A stretch of DNA of 64,000 nt from Mobula birostris (Eukaryota), in contig NC_092370.1 of NCBI RefSeq assembly GCF_030028105.1, positions 143,177,680-143,241,679 on the forward strand. The letters run 5' to 3'. Below the pieces are notes generated by a model. The model had not been told where the DNA came from, made no database searches, and saw only the letters and a program-made list of their open reading frames with translations. Made by a program: the position numbers and the translations under genes. Positions 63,376 through 64,000 of this stretch are shown here, one piece after another (the stretch's first letter is position 1; each line of letters begins with the position of its first letter).

Positions 63376-64000
63376 AAAGACACATTCAAATAGCAGTGCC
63401 TCAAGACAGCATCCATCTTAAAGGACGATCACCAATCAAGACATGCTGTTTTCTCACTACTGCTATCTAATACACACTTAAATGTTTTACAAACAGCTTT
63501 TATCCTTCCTCCACCAGATTTAGGAACAGTCCGTGAACACTACCTCGCTATTTTGCTCTCCTTTTGCACTTTTTTAGGATATTTCTTATTGTAGCTTAAA
63601 GTAATTTTTTGTGTGTTGCACTGTACAGCTGCCGGAAAATAATGTATTCTGCAACCTAAGTTAGTTATGATAAAACCTGATTCTGATGAACAGGGTCTAC
63701 CAACGTTTAAAGACACGGTCCACTTTTGGACAGTCAGCACAACTTCACGCCTGAGAAGTCCGGTCTGACAGATCTCTTGGGGAGTTCTTCGAGGAGGTAA
63801 CAAAGAAGGTATAGGCTCACGAATGGCCAGTCTGGCAAGTTATATTGCATAGGATCCAGGGGAAGATAGCAGATTGGATTCATAATTGGTTTATTGCAAG
63901 GAAACAGAATGTGACTGTCTAGCATTGTTTCACTGACTGGAGGCCCACAACGAGTGGTGTGCCACAGGACCTGGCACCTCTGCTTTATGTAATTTATACG

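Noticed and set aside
1-64000. CRISPR arrays, rRNA, true tRNA genes and prokaryotic operons
   Set aside because: None seen. The only tRNA-like sequences are SINE heads, and the DNA is spliced eukaryotic sequence.

Overview
Eukaryotic (vertebrate) genomic DNA. The repeat content (several CR1 lineages, Rex1/Babar, HE1-like SINEs, Penelope-derived short repeats) suggests a cartilaginous fish, probably a ray; this is an inference. The window lies within one minus-strand gene, a TRANK1/LBA1-type TPR-ankyrin-SF1(UvrD-like) helicase gene. Ten coding exons were traced by hand. All have canonical GT-AG ends and compatible phases: 53472-50665, 46574-46375, 43507-43370, 38022-37882, 29876-29720, 27113-27025, 23978-23875, 16919-16787, 9857-9712 and 1216-<1. 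The N- and C-termini lie outside the window. The introns are mostly transposon debris: CR1, Rex1 and RTE LINEs, SINEs, two solo LTRs, a full-length decayed Tc1, two Buster-type hAT elements with perfect TSDs, and a Penelope-type repeat carrying a hammerhead ribozyme motif. The main lead is a RelE/ParE-toxin-like domain immediately N-terminal of the intact helicase in TRANK1, suggesting a nuclease-helicase effector. Secondary leads are two nested inverted-repeat pairs enclosing only one in-frame exon, and a young CR1 inserted at the predicted branch point of another exon.
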